The notes: generated by a model not told the origin, from the sequence alone. Counted from the first letter of the stretch, positions 1 through 9,646 are shown. The stretch is DNA of 64,000 nt from an archaeon GW2011_AR18 (GCA_000806155.1 JWKX01000001.1:739-64738), one strand, 5' to 3'. Numbers and translations: made by a program.

Positions 1-440
1 TCGAACTGTCTATAACCAAAATATGGTAATCTTTCTTTTTTAGAGTCTATTACAGTTCCATCTCCAATATTATGAGCAATTATCATATCAAATACAGGAG
101 TAATTTTGATAGGGAGTATAGGATTAGAAATATAATTTACTCCATTACTTATTTTATAGGAAGTAATATTTTCCTGTAAAATGTAAATACTTATCTCAAG
201 AAGATTGCACAAAGATATCCAAATTCTTAAAGGCACAAAGAAATTTTTATTACAATAATTCTCTTTAAGTATATTTTTAAAAGTATTAAAGGATATGTTA
301 ATTTTATTTTTCAATATGGTATAAGCATTTCTTTTGGTTTTATATTTTAAAAATAACTTATTTTTAATAAGAAGAAAAAGTTCAAGTTTTATTTTTACAC
401 TTACTATATCATCAAGTTCCCAAATATTTATTTCTTCCAT
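1..440 (-). CDS. hypothetical protein, 5' end of gene present, partial (runs off window start)
   Basis: Open frame on the minus strand from ATG at 440 to the window edge. Contains IIAHNIGDGTV, weakly reminiscent of a LAGLIDADG motif. AT-rich, Lys/Asn/Ile-rich. Confidence 0.3.
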   Translation of the reverse strand, partial: MEEINIWELDDIVSVKIKLELFLLIKNKLFLKYKTKRNAYTILKNKINISFNTFKNILKENYCNKNFFVPLRIWISLCNLLEISIYILQENITSYKISNGVNYISNPILPIKITPVFDMIIAHNIGDGTVIDSKKERLPYFGYRQF

Positions 441-568
441 TTAATAATATTAGAAATTTTCTTTATAAACCTGGCGCGCAAGTTTGTCGTGTCCAGTGGC
501 CAAATGCTATTTTATTGCATTATTAACAATGTATAACTAAATTTTCAAAAAAATATATTTAAAGAACT

Positions 569-988
569 CTACAAGTTTTTCAATCTATTTTCTATTGCAT
601 CTATCTCTCTTCTTAGTTTTGAGACATCATCATTAGCCTCTATTCTCATCTTTGGTTTTTCTTGTTTCTCAACTTTTACCTCTTGAACTTGTTGTACTTG
701 TTTTGGTTTATGTTCTATTGGTATTTTTGGCAGTTCTCTCTCTTCTAGTCTTCTCATTCTTTTTTCTATATCTTCATATAATCTGTGCAGCATTCCTAAC
801 ACTCTTGTTTTTTCCTCTCTTATTAGTTTCAGTTCAGAATGATCTTTTAGTGCTTTTGTTGCATCTATTGCTGCTCTTAATACCTGTTTTCTTAAGTATA
901 TTGGTCTATCTAATCTTGTATGTACTACTTGTTGTTTTTTTCCAGAAGTATTTGCTTCCTTTTTCTTATGAGAATGTTTAGTAGGCAT
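569..988 (-). CDS. hypothetical coiled-coil protein with basic N-terminus
   Basis: 139 aa ORF with lysine-rich N-terminus and long heptad-like charged segments. No recognisable catalytic motif. Confidence 0.4.
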   Translation of the reverse strand: MPTKHSHKKKEANTSGKKQQVVHTRLDRPIYLRKQVLRAAIDATKALKDHSELKLIREEKTRVLGMLHRLYEDIEKRMRRLEERELPKIPIEHKPKQVQQVQEVKVEKQEKPKMRIEANDDVSKLRREIDAIENRLKNL

Positions 989-1450
989 TTATACCTCAAA
1001 TAATTCTTGGTCTATTGATAATAATCTCTCTTTCATGTTCTGGACATCCTGTTTCCACTCTTCGATTTTTTGTTCTTCTTTTGTTTTCAGTTCATCCAGT
1101 CCTTTCAATAGATCTTCTGCATTTGCTAATTTTGCCTTTAATACTTCTATACTTCTTAATACATCTTTATACTTGTCAATTTGTACAAATAACGGTTTTT
1201 CATCATCCATATTCTTTTGCATTGATGGACGTGTATTTTGTTGGACTGGTCTCTCTCTTTGTGGCACTTCAAAATCATCCTCTTTATCTACCTCATTTTT
1301 GATATCACTTATTGTCGGCTCGTAACTTGGAAATTCTAGAACATCTTCATGCATTGATTGATCATGCATATCTGGAAAATCTGGTAATTCAGGTAAGTCC
1401 CCCCCGTTTGATTGTGATTGATCTTGCTTCTTCTTAGTGAATAATCCCAT
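989..1450 (-). CDS. hypothetical coiled-coil protein (acidic N-terminus, C-terminal coiled coil)
   Basis: 153 aa ORF directly upstream of and co-oriented with 569-988. Begins MGLFTKKK. No enzyme motifs. Confidence 0.4.
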   Translation of the reverse strand: MGLFTKKKQDQSQSNGGDLPELPDFPDMHDQSMHEDVLEFPSYEPTISDIKNEVDKEDDFEVPQRERPVQQNTRPSMQKNMDDEKPLFVQIDKYKDVLRSIEVLKAKLANAEDLLKGLDELKTKEEQKIEEWKQDVQNMKERLLSIDQELFEV

Positions 1451-1672
1451 TGTTATTCCCCCTTTTTTAATAAGTCTTTAATCGCCTCTATTAGATAAAA
1501 ACTTTTCTTATTATTTATATGTAGTAAATATAATATAATATATGTAACCTCATATAAGTAGTTACAATTAGAAAGATTTATATAGCTGGGAATTAAAATG
1601 ATACTATATAGTCAGCTTTAAAAGGAACATTTATAAAGCTATTTGCCCGAATTAACCAGTAAAACACCAAAA

Positions 1673-2185
1673 ATGAAAATACCTGTAAAAAACATTGAAG
1701 AAACTTTCGAGGAAATCGCCGGTCCTGAAGGTGTACAAGTGTACAGGCTTTTAAAGAATAAGGAAGACGTCAATGAATTCAATATAGCTGAAAAATTAAA
1801 GATAACTATTAATCAGTTAAGGAATATAATCTACAAGTTCGAGAAGTACAACCTTTTGACCTCAATAAGGAAGAAAGACAGGAAAAAAGGATGGTATATC
1901 TATTTCTTCACATTAAACCCTAAACAGATTGATGATACAGTAGTTCAGCTAGTAAGAGATAAGATGAGCATTATAGAGAAGCAGTTAGACAGGGAAAAAG
2001 CTCATCAGTTCTATTTATGCCCTAATAGGTGTGTAAGGCAGACTATTGAGAATGCTATGGAAAATCAGTTCATGTGCCATGAATGCGGCTCTTTATTAGA
2101 TGCAGAGAATAATGATAAGACAATAAATAAGATGCAAAAGAGGATTGAAGAATTAAATATTAAATTAAAGGAATTATCCAAATAA
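1673..2185 (+). CDS. tfe: transcription factor E (TFIIE alpha homolog)
   Basis: N-terminal winged-helix region plus C-terminal zinc ribbon (CPNRC ... CHEC). Size and layout are typical of archaeal TFE. The ORF track begins at 1643 with a TTG. ATG at 1673 is preferred because a TATA-like box sits at about 1631-1640. Confidence 0.75.
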   Translation: MKIPVKNIEETFEEIAGPEGVQVYRLLKNKEDVNEFNIAEKLKITINQLRNIIYKFEKYNLLTSIRKKDRKKGWYIYFFTLNPKQIDDTVVQLVRDKMSIIEKQLDREKAHQFYLCPNRCVRQTIENAMENQFMCHECGSLLDAENNDKTINKMQKRIEELNIKLKELSK

Positions 2186-2752
2186 ACTTCCAAATAATGG
2201 ATATAATACCTTGCTTCCATCTAATGGTGGTATTGGTATCATATTAAATAAGAACATCCATTTATTTATCTCTTTTGTCATTAATAATATCATCATTGTC
2301 TTCTCACTGTATTTTTTCTTAGAATAATCTAATATTAGCATTGGTATTATCCAGAATAATAAATTAATAAATGGTCCTGCAAATGCTGTTAATGAAAATA
2401 GATATGGATTGCTTGTTCCTGAAATACTTACATATCCTGGTGCTATAAGCATTAATGGTGCATTTAATACTTTCATTGCTATCCCTATTATCATTCCTGT
2501 AGGCCATATCTCAAATACTGCTTTAAATCCAAATGCTAATGCTACAAACTTATGTCCTAGTTCATGGAATATCACTCCTGGTGCTGCTGCTAATACTGCT
2601 ATCTTGAATTCTTCCCAGTTGAATCTTTTTAATGAAGTTAAAACATCTTTATTTGGTATCTTTATTACACCACTAAATATATATCCTACTACTAAAGTAG
2701 TTATTACTAAGTATATGATTTCTAGTGGTGTTATTATCACTTTACTCTTCAA
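2174..2752 (-). CDS. site-2 protease family zinc metalloprotease (peptidase M50)
   Basis: HELGH zinc-binding motif inside a TM helix and a downstream PLDGS (LDG) motif, in a multi-TM protein. The start codon is TTG at 2752. Confidence 0.7.
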   Translation of the reverse strand: MKSKVIITPLEIIYLVITTLVVGYIFSGVIKIPNKDVLTSLKRFNWEEFKIAVLAAAPGVIFHELGHKFVALAFGFKAVFEIWPTGMIIGIAMKVLNAPLMLIAPGYVSISGTSNPYLFSLTAFAGPFINLLFWIIPMLILDYSKKKYSEKTMMILLMTKEINKWMFLFNMIPIPPLDGSKVLYPLFGSLFG

Positions 2753-2921
2753 AGCTTAATAACAAGAATACTAATCCTACTACAAATACTACTACTGGTA
2801 TTCCTGCTTTTAGCATCACTAAAAAGTCTGTCCAAAACTTTGGCCATACAAATAATGCATACAATGATGCAACTATTAATAATAAGCCTACAATCATTTT
2901 TACTAATCCGCTTGCTTTCAT
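2742..2921 (-). CDS. small two-TM membrane protein (59 aa), overlaps start of S2P gene
   Basis: Manually translated: MKASGLVKMIVGLLLIVASLYALFVWPKFWTDFLVMLKAGIPVVVFVVGLVFLLLSFEE. Its stop overlaps the TTG start of the downstream gene by 8 nt, an operon-style overlap. Confidence 0.3.
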   Translation of the reverse strand: MKASGLVKMIVGLLLIVASLYALFVWPKFWTDFLVMLKAGIPVVVFVVGLVFLLLSFEE

Positions 2922-2990
2922 GTGTTTTTACTCTTAAGTTCTTATTTATAAGCTTTTTTACAGTAGAAAAGAGGTATCAAAAAGTCAGCC

Positions 2991-3359
2991 TTACATAGAA
3001 ATCATATCGAGATAAAGTCTATCACGTCTACTTGAATAATCTCTTTGACGAGGCATTTTTGGAATTTGCCAATCTCTATTCTTAATTTCTGTAACTACAT
3101 CAACATATGTATGATAAGATAAATCACCCACAATATTGTCACTAGTATTTAATATGTTGATAGAATACATTAAATCTTTAATTACAGGATCTCTAGTTCC
3201 ATATTCTTTCCACATCTCTCTTTGTTCTTTACTAACATCTTCTACATCACGTTTTAGATGAAGTTTTAATGTTCTAAATTTATCAGATAAAGACATCCTT
3301 CTTATTGTAGAAGGTTGTTCAGATTCCATTTCTTGTAGTCTCTGTTGTAAAGCATCCAT
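2991..3359 (-). CDS. hypothetical protein
   Basis: 122 aa ORF with no recognisable motif. Confidence 0.35.
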   Translation of the reverse strand: MDALQQRLQEMESEQPSTIRRMSLSDKFRTLKLHLKRDVEDVSKEQREMWKEYGTRDPVIKDLMYSINILNTSDNIVGDLSYHTYVDVVTEIKNRDWQIPKMPRQRDYSSRRDRLYLDMISM

Positions 3360-3498
3360 GATATTTTATAGTAAAACTAATATATAAAGTTTACGACTAA
3401 TTAACCACTGTATAAAGACAACATTCCATTCATATTTTCTTAATAGTTGTATAACCTCGTAGAAACCTTTAAAAAGCACAGGTTTTTGCTCTTATTTT

Positions 3499-4077
3499 AT
3501 GGGATTATATAAATACTTATCAAAAGCTATCAGAAGCCATTCAACTGAAATGATACAAATTCAGAGAGAGAGAATGATTGAATGGAGAAGAGAGAATAAT
3601 GTTAAGAAAATCGAGTATCCTACTAATTTAGTTTCAGCTAGAAGACTTGGTTACAAAGCTAAGACTGGTTTTATTTTAATAAGAGTTAGAGTTCCTAGAG
3701 GTGGTAAAGCACGTCCTAGTATCAGACATGGTAGAAGATCTGCTCATTCAGGTCAAAGATTAGTTTTCGCTAAAGGTTATCAGAGAGTAGCTGAAGAGAG
3801 AGCTAACAAACAATATCCTAATCTTGAAGTTTTAAATTCTTACAAAGCAGGTATGGATGGTGTTCATTATTGGTTTGAGGTTATAATGTTAGATCCTTAT
3901 AATCCTAATGTTGCTAATTCACCTACTGTTGGATGGATTTCAAATGGTAAGCATAATGGTAGAGTTTATCGTGGATTAACTTCTGCAGGAAAACGCAATA
4001 GAGGATTAGGAAATAAAGGACAAGGTGCTGAAAAACTAAGACATAGTTTAAGAGCTCATGATAAGACTGGTAAGTAA
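3499..4077 (+). CDS. rpl15e: 50S ribosomal protein L15e
   Basis: MGLYKYLSKAIR ... GYKAKTGFILIRVRVPRGG ... YWFEVIMLDP matches the L15e family along its full length. Confidence 0.9.
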   Translation: MGLYKYLSKAIRSHSTEMIQIQRERMIEWRRENNVKKIEYPTNLVSARRLGYKAKTGFILIRVRVPRGGKARPSIRHGRRSAHSGQRLVFAKGYQRVAEERANKQYPNLEVLNSYKAGMDGVHYWFEVIMLDPYNPNVANSPTVGWISNGKHNGRVYRGLTSAGKRNRGLGNKGQGAEKLRHSLRAHDKTGK

Positions 4078-4108
4078 GTTCTTATATTACCTTTAATTAT
4101 TCTTTTTT

Positions 4109-5038
4109 ATGATTAAAACTTTAGTTACTAGCTATAATAATCCAGATCTTGATGGTTCTGCTTGTTCTTTTGCTTATGCTGAATTCCTGAATAAGACTAA
4201 CACAGAGATTATAGCAGCAGTATTTGGCAAGATTCATCGTGAGGCAGAGTTTGTTTTTAATAAGTTTAATATTACTCAAATGCAAGACGCTGATGATTTA
4301 AGAAATTTAGAAAATTATAATTTTATTCTTGTTGATTCTTCTGATCTTAAGGGTATTTCAAGAAAGATTATTCCAAATAAGGTTATTGAAGTAATTGATC
4401 ATAGAAAAATTAATGATTCTTATATGTTCCAGAATGCTAAAGTTCAGATTGAATTAGTTGGTTCCTGTGGTACTTTGATTGCTGAAAAATTTTATAATAA
4501 TAAAGTTGATATCTCTAAAGAATCTGCTATTTTATTATATTCTGCTATTATTTCTAATACTATTAATTTTAAGGCTAATGTTACAACTGATCGTGATCGC
4601 AATATGGCTTCTTTTTTAAAGTCTAAATTAGATCTTCCTGATGATTATGCTCATGAGATGTTTTATTTTAAATCTAGATTTAATACTTCTTTGAAAGAGA
4701 CTATTATTCATGATTTTGCTTATTTTAATTTCTCTGATAAGAATATTGGTATTGCTCAGTTAGAGATTGTTGATGTTGATAATTTTATTAAAAATAATTT
4801 AGGAGAATTGAATACTATTCTTAATAATCTAAAAAATGATAGAAAATTTGATTTTATTTTTTTAAGTTGTATTGATATTGAAGCAGGTTTTAACACTTTT
4901 TTAGTTATAGATGATAGTTCTAAAAGTTTAGTTGAGAATTCTTTAAATATTAAATTTAATAATAACATTTGTAAAATATCAGGCATAATAATGAGGAAAG
5001 AGATAACTCCTAAGTTGAAAGAATTTTTAGAAAGATAA
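4109..5038 (+). CDS. DHH/DHHA2 family protein resembling family II (Mn-dependent) inorganic pyrophosphatase, with active-site substitutions
   Basis: Collinear with PpaC (309 aa): NPDLDGS, VIEVIDHR, VGSCGTLIAEKF, AIISNTINFKANVTTDRD and a C-terminal DHHA2-like region. The positions of His9, His98 and Asp149 appear as Y/S, R and N. Confidence 0.65.
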   Translation: MIKTLVTSYNNPDLDGSACSFAYAEFLNKTNTEIIAAVFGKIHREAEFVFNKFNITQMQDADDLRNLENYNFILVDSSDLKGISRKIIPNKVIEVIDHRKINDSYMFQNAKVQIELVGSCGTLIAEKFYNNKVDISKESAILLYSAIISNTINFKANVTTDRDRNMASFLKSKLDLPDDYAHEMFYFKSRFNTSLKETIIHDFAYFNFSDKNIGIAQLEIVDVDNFIKNNLGELNTILNNLKNDRKFDFIFLSCIDIEAGFNTFLVIDDSSKSLVENSLNIKFNNNICKISGIIMRKEITPKLKEFLER

Positions 5039-5040
5039 TA

Positions 5041-6417
5041 CTAATAACAAACATATGTTTCTTCTTCTGGTAATGGTTTATACTTTAGTTTAGGACCATT
5101 TTTAGAAATTTCTTTTAATGCTTCAACTAATATATCAATATCTTTTTCTGTATTGTGTATTCCTATGCTTGCTCTTACTATCCCATAAGAAGCTAACCTA
5201 TTGCCTTTTTTTATTTGCTCTTCTATTTTATTCTGTTCTTTATCATTAATATTAAACCATCTTCTTACTAATCTATGATTACATATTGTTCCAGCTCTTG
5301 TCTCTATCCCATATTCATTTTCCAATATAGAAGATAATAATGCATGATGACAATCTTTAAGATTGAAAGTAAATGTTCCTATTCTATCTTCTTCTAGATA
5401 TGTTTCTGGTTTAACATACAAAGTTATTCCTGGAACTGTTCTTAACTTCTCTACTGCATAATCTATTAATTTTCTTTCATGATTAATAATATTATTCCAT
5501 CCTGTATTCATTATTGTTTTACAACTTGCTGATGTTGCTATTATTCCTGTAACATTCCAAGTTCCAGTCTGATGTCTTAGTTCCGAAGGTGACCAGATTA
5601 CACCTGTTTCATTTATCATGTCTATTGAACCTCCGCCAGGATCTACAGGTGAAGTTTCTAAAATTTTCTTGGGTAAAGCTAAAACGCCTAATCCAAATGG
5701 GGCATATAATTTATGTGAAGAGAAAGCTAATGTGTCTATATTATCATTTTTCATATCAATTTTCCTATGTGGTGCTAATTGTGCTGCATCTACAAATAAT
5801 AGTGCATTATGTTTATGTGCTATTTTTGAAATCTTTTTTATATTGGGGATATATCCTGTTAAGTTTGAAGCTCCAGTTATTGTTATTAATTTTAAGTTCT
5901 TGGAATATTTTTTTGCTTTATTTTCTAGATCTTTATAGTCTATTGAACCATCATCAAAAGAGTTTATATAAATAGTTTTACAACTGCCAAATTTCCATGG
6001 TAAGTTGTTTGATGTATGTTCAATGAATGAAGTTAGTACTACATCATTTTTACTGAATTTTAATAATCTTGATAATAGGTTTATTGCATTGCTTGTATTT
6101 GATGTGAAGATTAATTCTTGATCTTCTCTTAGATTTAGGAATGTTTTTATTGTTTTTATTGCTTCAGTTGCTTTTTTATATGTTATATTAGCATGAGGTC
6201 CAGCTCCCCTATGTAATGCCCCATAAGTTTGTAAAAATTCATTAACTTCTTTTAAAGTTTCTTTAAATGGTGGTGTTGTGGCTGCATTATTCAGCATTAT
6301 TATTTTTTTAACACTTCCATTCTTTAATTTTATAGAGTTATTTGTTCCAATGACTTCTGGAAGTATATTTTTCATATAATTCAACAATAAACAAGATTTA
6401 TATCCCTTATTATCCAA
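5041..6417 (-). CDS. aminotransferase class V fold PLP-dependent enzyme (cysteine desulfurase-like)
   Basis: SSHKLYAPFGLGVL PLP-lysine motif and a class V fold N-terminal region, with a roughly 60 aa C-terminal extension. Confidence 0.75.
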   Translation of the reverse strand: MDNKGYKSCLLLNYMKNILPEVIGTNNSIKLKNGSVKKIIMLNNAATTPPFKETLKEVNEFLQTYGALHRGAGPHANITYKKATEAIKTIKTFLNLREDQELIFTSNTSNAINLLSRLLKFSKNDVVLTSFIEHTSNNLPWKFGSCKTIYINSFDDGSIDYKDLENKAKKYSKNLKLITITGASNLTGYIPNIKKISKIAHKHNALLFVDAAQLAPHRKIDMKNDNIDTLAFSSHKLYAPFGLGVLALPKKILETSPVDPGGGSIDMINETGVIWSPSELRHQTGTWNVTGIIATSASCKTIMNTGWNNIINHERKLIDYAVEKLRTVPGITLYVKPETYLEEDRIGTFTFNLKDCHHALLSSILENEYGIETRAGTICNHRLVRRWFNINDKEQNKIEEQIKKGNRLASYGIVRASIGIHNTEKDIDILVEALKEISKNGPKLKYKPLPEEETYVCY

Positions 6418-6426
6418 CTAGTAGGT

Positions 6427-7353
6427 TCATTTCTTATGTTTTAACTCTTCTAAATACTCATCTGCTTCCATTGCTGCCATGCATCCTGCTCCTGCTGCTG
6501 TTACTGCTTGCATATATCTATGGTCACTTATATCTCCTGCTGCGAATACTCCTTCTACTGATGTTTTTACATTATGTTTCACTACTATATATCCATTGTC
6601 TAGTTCTATTTGCCCTTTTAAGAAATCTGTGTTTGGTTTGTGTCCTATTGCTACAAATGCTCCATCAATTTTTAGTTCTTCTATTTTTCCTGTTTTTACA
6701 TTTTTTAATTTTAAACTCTCTAATTTATTTTTACCAATGAATTCTTCTATTGTTGTGTTCCATATGAATTTCATGTTTTTAGTATTTAGTGCTCTTTCCT
6801 GTAATACTTTTTGTCCTCTCATCTCATCTCTTCTATGTATTAAAGTAACAGTCTTGCACATCTTAACTAAATGTAATGCCTCTCTTAGTGCTGTATCTCC
6901 TGCTCCTATTACACAAACATCTTTATTCTTAAAGAACATTGCGTCACATGTTGCACAAGCTGAAACTCCTTTTCCTATTAGTTTTTTCTCACTCTCTATA
7001 CCTAGCCATTTAGCTGATGCTCCAGTTGCTATTATCACTGATTTTGCATCATATGTTTTTTCATCTGTATTCAATTTGAATGGTTTTTTCTTGAAATCTA
7101 CACTAATTACATCTTCTGTTATGAATTCTACTCCAAATGATTTTGTATGGTCTATCATTTTCTCCATTAATTCTGGTCCTTGTATATTTTTATAACTTGG
7201 AAAATCCTCTACATCTGTTGTTATCATTAACTGTCCTCCAGGTTTGCTTCCGGCTAATACACATACTGATAGATTTGCTCTTGCTGCATATATTGCTGCT
7301 GTCAATCCTGCAGGTCCTGATCCTATTATTACTACATCATAAGAATTTTTCAT
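6427..7353 (-). CDS. trxB: thioredoxin-disulfide reductase
   Basis: N-terminal FAD motif VVIIGSGPAGLTAAIYAAR, redox-active CATCD and a second NAD(P) Rossmann motif CVIGAGDTALREA. Length 308 aa. Confidence 0.9.
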   Translation of the reverse strand: MKNSYDVVIIGSGPAGLTAAIYAARANLSVCVLAGSKPGGQLMITTDVEDFPSYKNIQGPELMEKMIDHTKSFGVEFITEDVISVDFKKKPFKLNTDEKTYDAKSVIIATGASAKWLGIESEKKLIGKGVSACATCDAMFFKNKDVCVIGAGDTALREALHLVKMCKTVTLIHRRDEMRGQKVLQERALNTKNMKFIWNTTIEEFIGKNKLESLKLKNVKTGKIEELKIDGAFVAIGHKPNTDFLKGQIELDNGYIVVKHNVKTSVEGVFAAGDISDHRYMQAVTAAGAGCMAAMEADEYLEELKHKK

Positions 7354-7388
7354 AAGAATTATAATTTATAGTACCTATTTAAATTTTT

Positions 7389-8255
7389 TTATGCGAAATT
7401 TTCTCTTATTGGCATGTTTCTTTTATGTTCTCTTATTAAGAATGGTTCTAGTTTTTTTCTTCCTATAGCTAAAAAATCTTTAGGGTTTAGTATATCATTA
7501 GGGACATCATCATCTGTTGGATATAAGACTCCAGCCCCATTATAAACAACAAATGGTAGATCATCTCTTAATAAATAAGCTACCCACATTGTGTATGTTC
7601 TTCCACTACATGTAGCTATTGCATATTCTTTTAATGGTGGATATTGTTCTTTTACTCTTCTCTCTGCATCTGTATTTTTTCTCATTCTTAACGGTGCACC
7701 GCTAATCTCTGCTAATAATTCAGTTCTTCTCTTATTTTTGTCTATTAAACTTTTTAATCTTGCACCTGTCTCTTCTAGTTTAATATTATAAATTTGAAAT
7801 CCTTCTTGATCTTCATAAACTATTGATCTGGTTTCAGCTTCTAGTTTTTGATAAGCATTCATTTTTTCTTCTAATATTTTGCTTAATTCATTTGCTGGAA
7901 CATAATCTTTTGGTGCCATTGAAGTAATTTTTATTCTATCAATTTCTCTTTCTAATTCACTAATTCTTGTTGTATGTCTCTCATTGAATATTACTTCATA
8001 ATCTCTTAATGCTCTTACATATAGCATTCTATCAATTGTTGTTCCTATCACCACTAATCTTGTATCAATACCAATATTATCTTCTGAATCTACTACTACA
8101 TATTCTATATCTTCTAATTTAAAATCTCCTTTTAATCTCTGTCTCCCTCTCTGTTGTGTTGTTGATAGCTTTTCATCTGTTATTTGGGCTAATACTGCCT
8201 GTTCAAGTGTTGGTAATAGTTGAAATGCTTGATAGTTTTCCATTTTTAGAAACAA
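7389..8255 (-). CDS. hypothetical protein
   Basis: 288 aa ORF with no recognisable motif. Convergent with trxB. Confidence 0.4.
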   Translation of the reverse strand: MFLKMENYQAFQLLPTLEQAVLAQITDEKLSTTQQRGRQRLKGDFKLEDIEYVVVDSEDNIGIDTRLVVIGTTIDRMLYVRALRDYEVIFNERHTTRISELEREIDRIKITSMAPKDYVPANELSKILEEKMNAYQKLEAETRSIVYEDQEGFQIYNIKLEETGARLKSLIDKNKRRTELLAEISGAPLRMRKNTDAERRVKEQYPPLKEYAIATCSGRTYTMWVAYLLRDDLPFVVYNGAGVLYPTDDDVPNDILNPKDFLAIGRKKLEPFLIREHKRNMPIRENFA

Positions 8256-8345
8256 TTTTAGTAATGATTTTTCTTATTTAAACAGATACTATATAGTCTA
8301 TATAAAAAAGGAAATAGTTATTAATATTAAAAAGGTGATTATCCT

Positions 8346-8753
8346 ATGCTATCTAAAGTTAATGTTTATTGTGATGGTGCTTCTAGAGGAAATCCAGGAA
8401 GATCTTCTATTGGCGTTGTTATTTATGATTCCGATATGAATATTATTGAAAGATATAAAGAATTTATTGGTAAGAATACTAATAATTTTGCTGAATATAG
8501 TTCTCTGATTAAAGCTTTAAAATTAGCTTCTAAATTTACTGATAATGAGGTTAATGTTTTTATGGATTCTGAATTAGTTGTTAAACAGTTATTAGGTAAA
8601 TATAAAGTTAAACAAGTTCATCTTAAGATTTTATTTGATAAAGTTAAAATTAATGAAAAATTGTTCTCTAAAGTTAATTATAAGAATGTTCCTAGAGAAA
8701 ATATTTATCAACAAGAAGCAGATAAGTTAGCTAATGAGGCTTTAGATTCTTAA
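8346..8753 (+). CDS. rnhA: ribonuclease HI (type 1 RNase H)
   Basis: DGASRGNPG ... AEY ... MDSELVVKQL pattern of the RNase H1 fold. Length 135 aa. Confidence 0.8.
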   Translation: MLSKVNVYCDGASRGNPGRSSIGVVIYDSDMNIIERYKEFIGKNTNNFAEYSSLIKALKLASKFTDNEVNVFMDSELVVKQLLGKYKVKQVHLKILFDKVKINEKLFSKVNYKNVPRENIYQQEADKLANEALDS

Positions 8754-9307
8754 TAATGCTTTTTTGTATCTTCTGCATGTGAAAAGAATGAAACATTGCA
8801 GTTTATCATTTTTTCATAGAATTCTAGTTCATGTCTTTTCTTTTTTGATTCAAATAATATCATTCCTAATCCTTCCCAGAATAAGAACCATCCTCCCGGC
8901 TCTAATAATATTATCAAGAAATTCAACAATAGGCTATGCTCTTCATAATAAAAGAGTATGAATGTTGCTATAATCATTAGCATAATGCCTGTTATTGTAA
9001 AAGCTGCTCCTTTTTGCATTAATTTAATTTTTTCATCATGCAATAGTTTGTAATGTTTATGAAAATGAACTAACAGCCTTTGTTTGATAATATTCTCATA
9101 ATTTTTATCTCTCCCTTTTAATGGGAGGCAGAATTTTATATTTTTTAATTCTCCTTTCTTTTTTTCTATACTTGCTTTTCTTGTTTCTAGTAAAAAATCA
9201 TCTGATAAAGTTCTTACAGAATAGTTTCTATGATCAAAGTCTGAGAATAGATCATTATATCCATTAAGCCATAGATTTATTTCTGCTGCATTATCTTCCT
9301 CTTTCAT
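8750..9307 (-). CDS. hypothetical membrane protein
   Basis: 185 aa ORF with two or three hydrophobic helices in its C-terminal half. Confidence 0.4.
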   Translation of the reverse strand: MKEEDNAAEINLWLNGYNDLFSDFDHRNYSVRTLSDDFLLETRKASIEKKKGELKNIKFCLPLKGRDKNYENIIKQRLLVHFHKHYKLLHDEKIKLMQKGAAFTITGIMLMIIATFILFYYEEHSLLLNFLIILLEPGGWFLFWEGLGMILFESKKKRHELEFYEKMINCNVSFFSHAEDTKKHY

Positions 9308-9343
9308 AAGAAATTATTTGTTAAAATGAATTTATAAATATTG

Positions 9344-9351
9344 CTTATTTT
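9344..9351 (+). repeat. target site duplication (left copy) CTTATTTT
   Basis: Identical 8-mer immediately outside both inverted repeats. Confidence 0.7.
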
Positions 9352-9373
9352 GGTTCTGTAACTTAAAAGGTTG
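9352..9373 (+). repeat. left terminal inverted repeat of IS6-like element
   Basis: GGTTCTGTAACTTAAAAGGTTG. It begins with GGTTCTG, as in IS26/IS257-type IRs. Confidence 0.8.
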
Positions 9374-9646
9374 ATGAATTATTGGATAGATAGTTTTTTA
9401 AGCATAAAATTATTGATTAGTTTTATGAATAGAAACCAATGGTTAGTACTAAGCATAGGATTATTTTTAGCTGGTTCAATTTTAGTGAATTTTTCAATGT
9501 TTTGTGGTGGGTTTACTGATGAATTATTAACATCTTGTATGATACAAAGGTACGCTTTTGGCATCCCATCTATAATCATGGGTATATTAGGAGTCTTGTT
9601 TTTTATTATAGCATTGTTAGAACCTAAAAAGAAGAACTTAGATTAA
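9374..9646 (+). CDS. small hydrophobic ORF inside IS element (possibly spurious)
   Basis: 91 aa with two hydrophobic segments. It overlaps the 3' end of the transposase gene. Confidence 0.2.
   Translation: MNYWIDSFLSIKLLISFMNRNQWLVLSIGLFLAGSILVNFSMFCGGFTDELLTSCMIQRYAFGIPSIIMGILGVLFFIIALLEPKKKNLD

Noticed and set aside
652-981. Numerous Leu/Phe-rich antisense ORFs in the track (e.g. 652-981+, 6479-7195+, 13789-14637+, 39647-40336+, 42974-43627+)
   Set aside because: They lie entirely antisense to well-supported genes (rpo, copA, trxB, minD and others). They have low-complexity composition typical of AT-rich antisense frames and no motifs.
569-1450. ESCRT-III/CdvB-like identity for the two coiled-coil proteins (MGLF start)
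   Set aside because: The charge distribution (acidic N-terminus, no basic N-terminal helical hairpin) does not fit Snf7-domain architecture. Only generic coiled coil is supportable.
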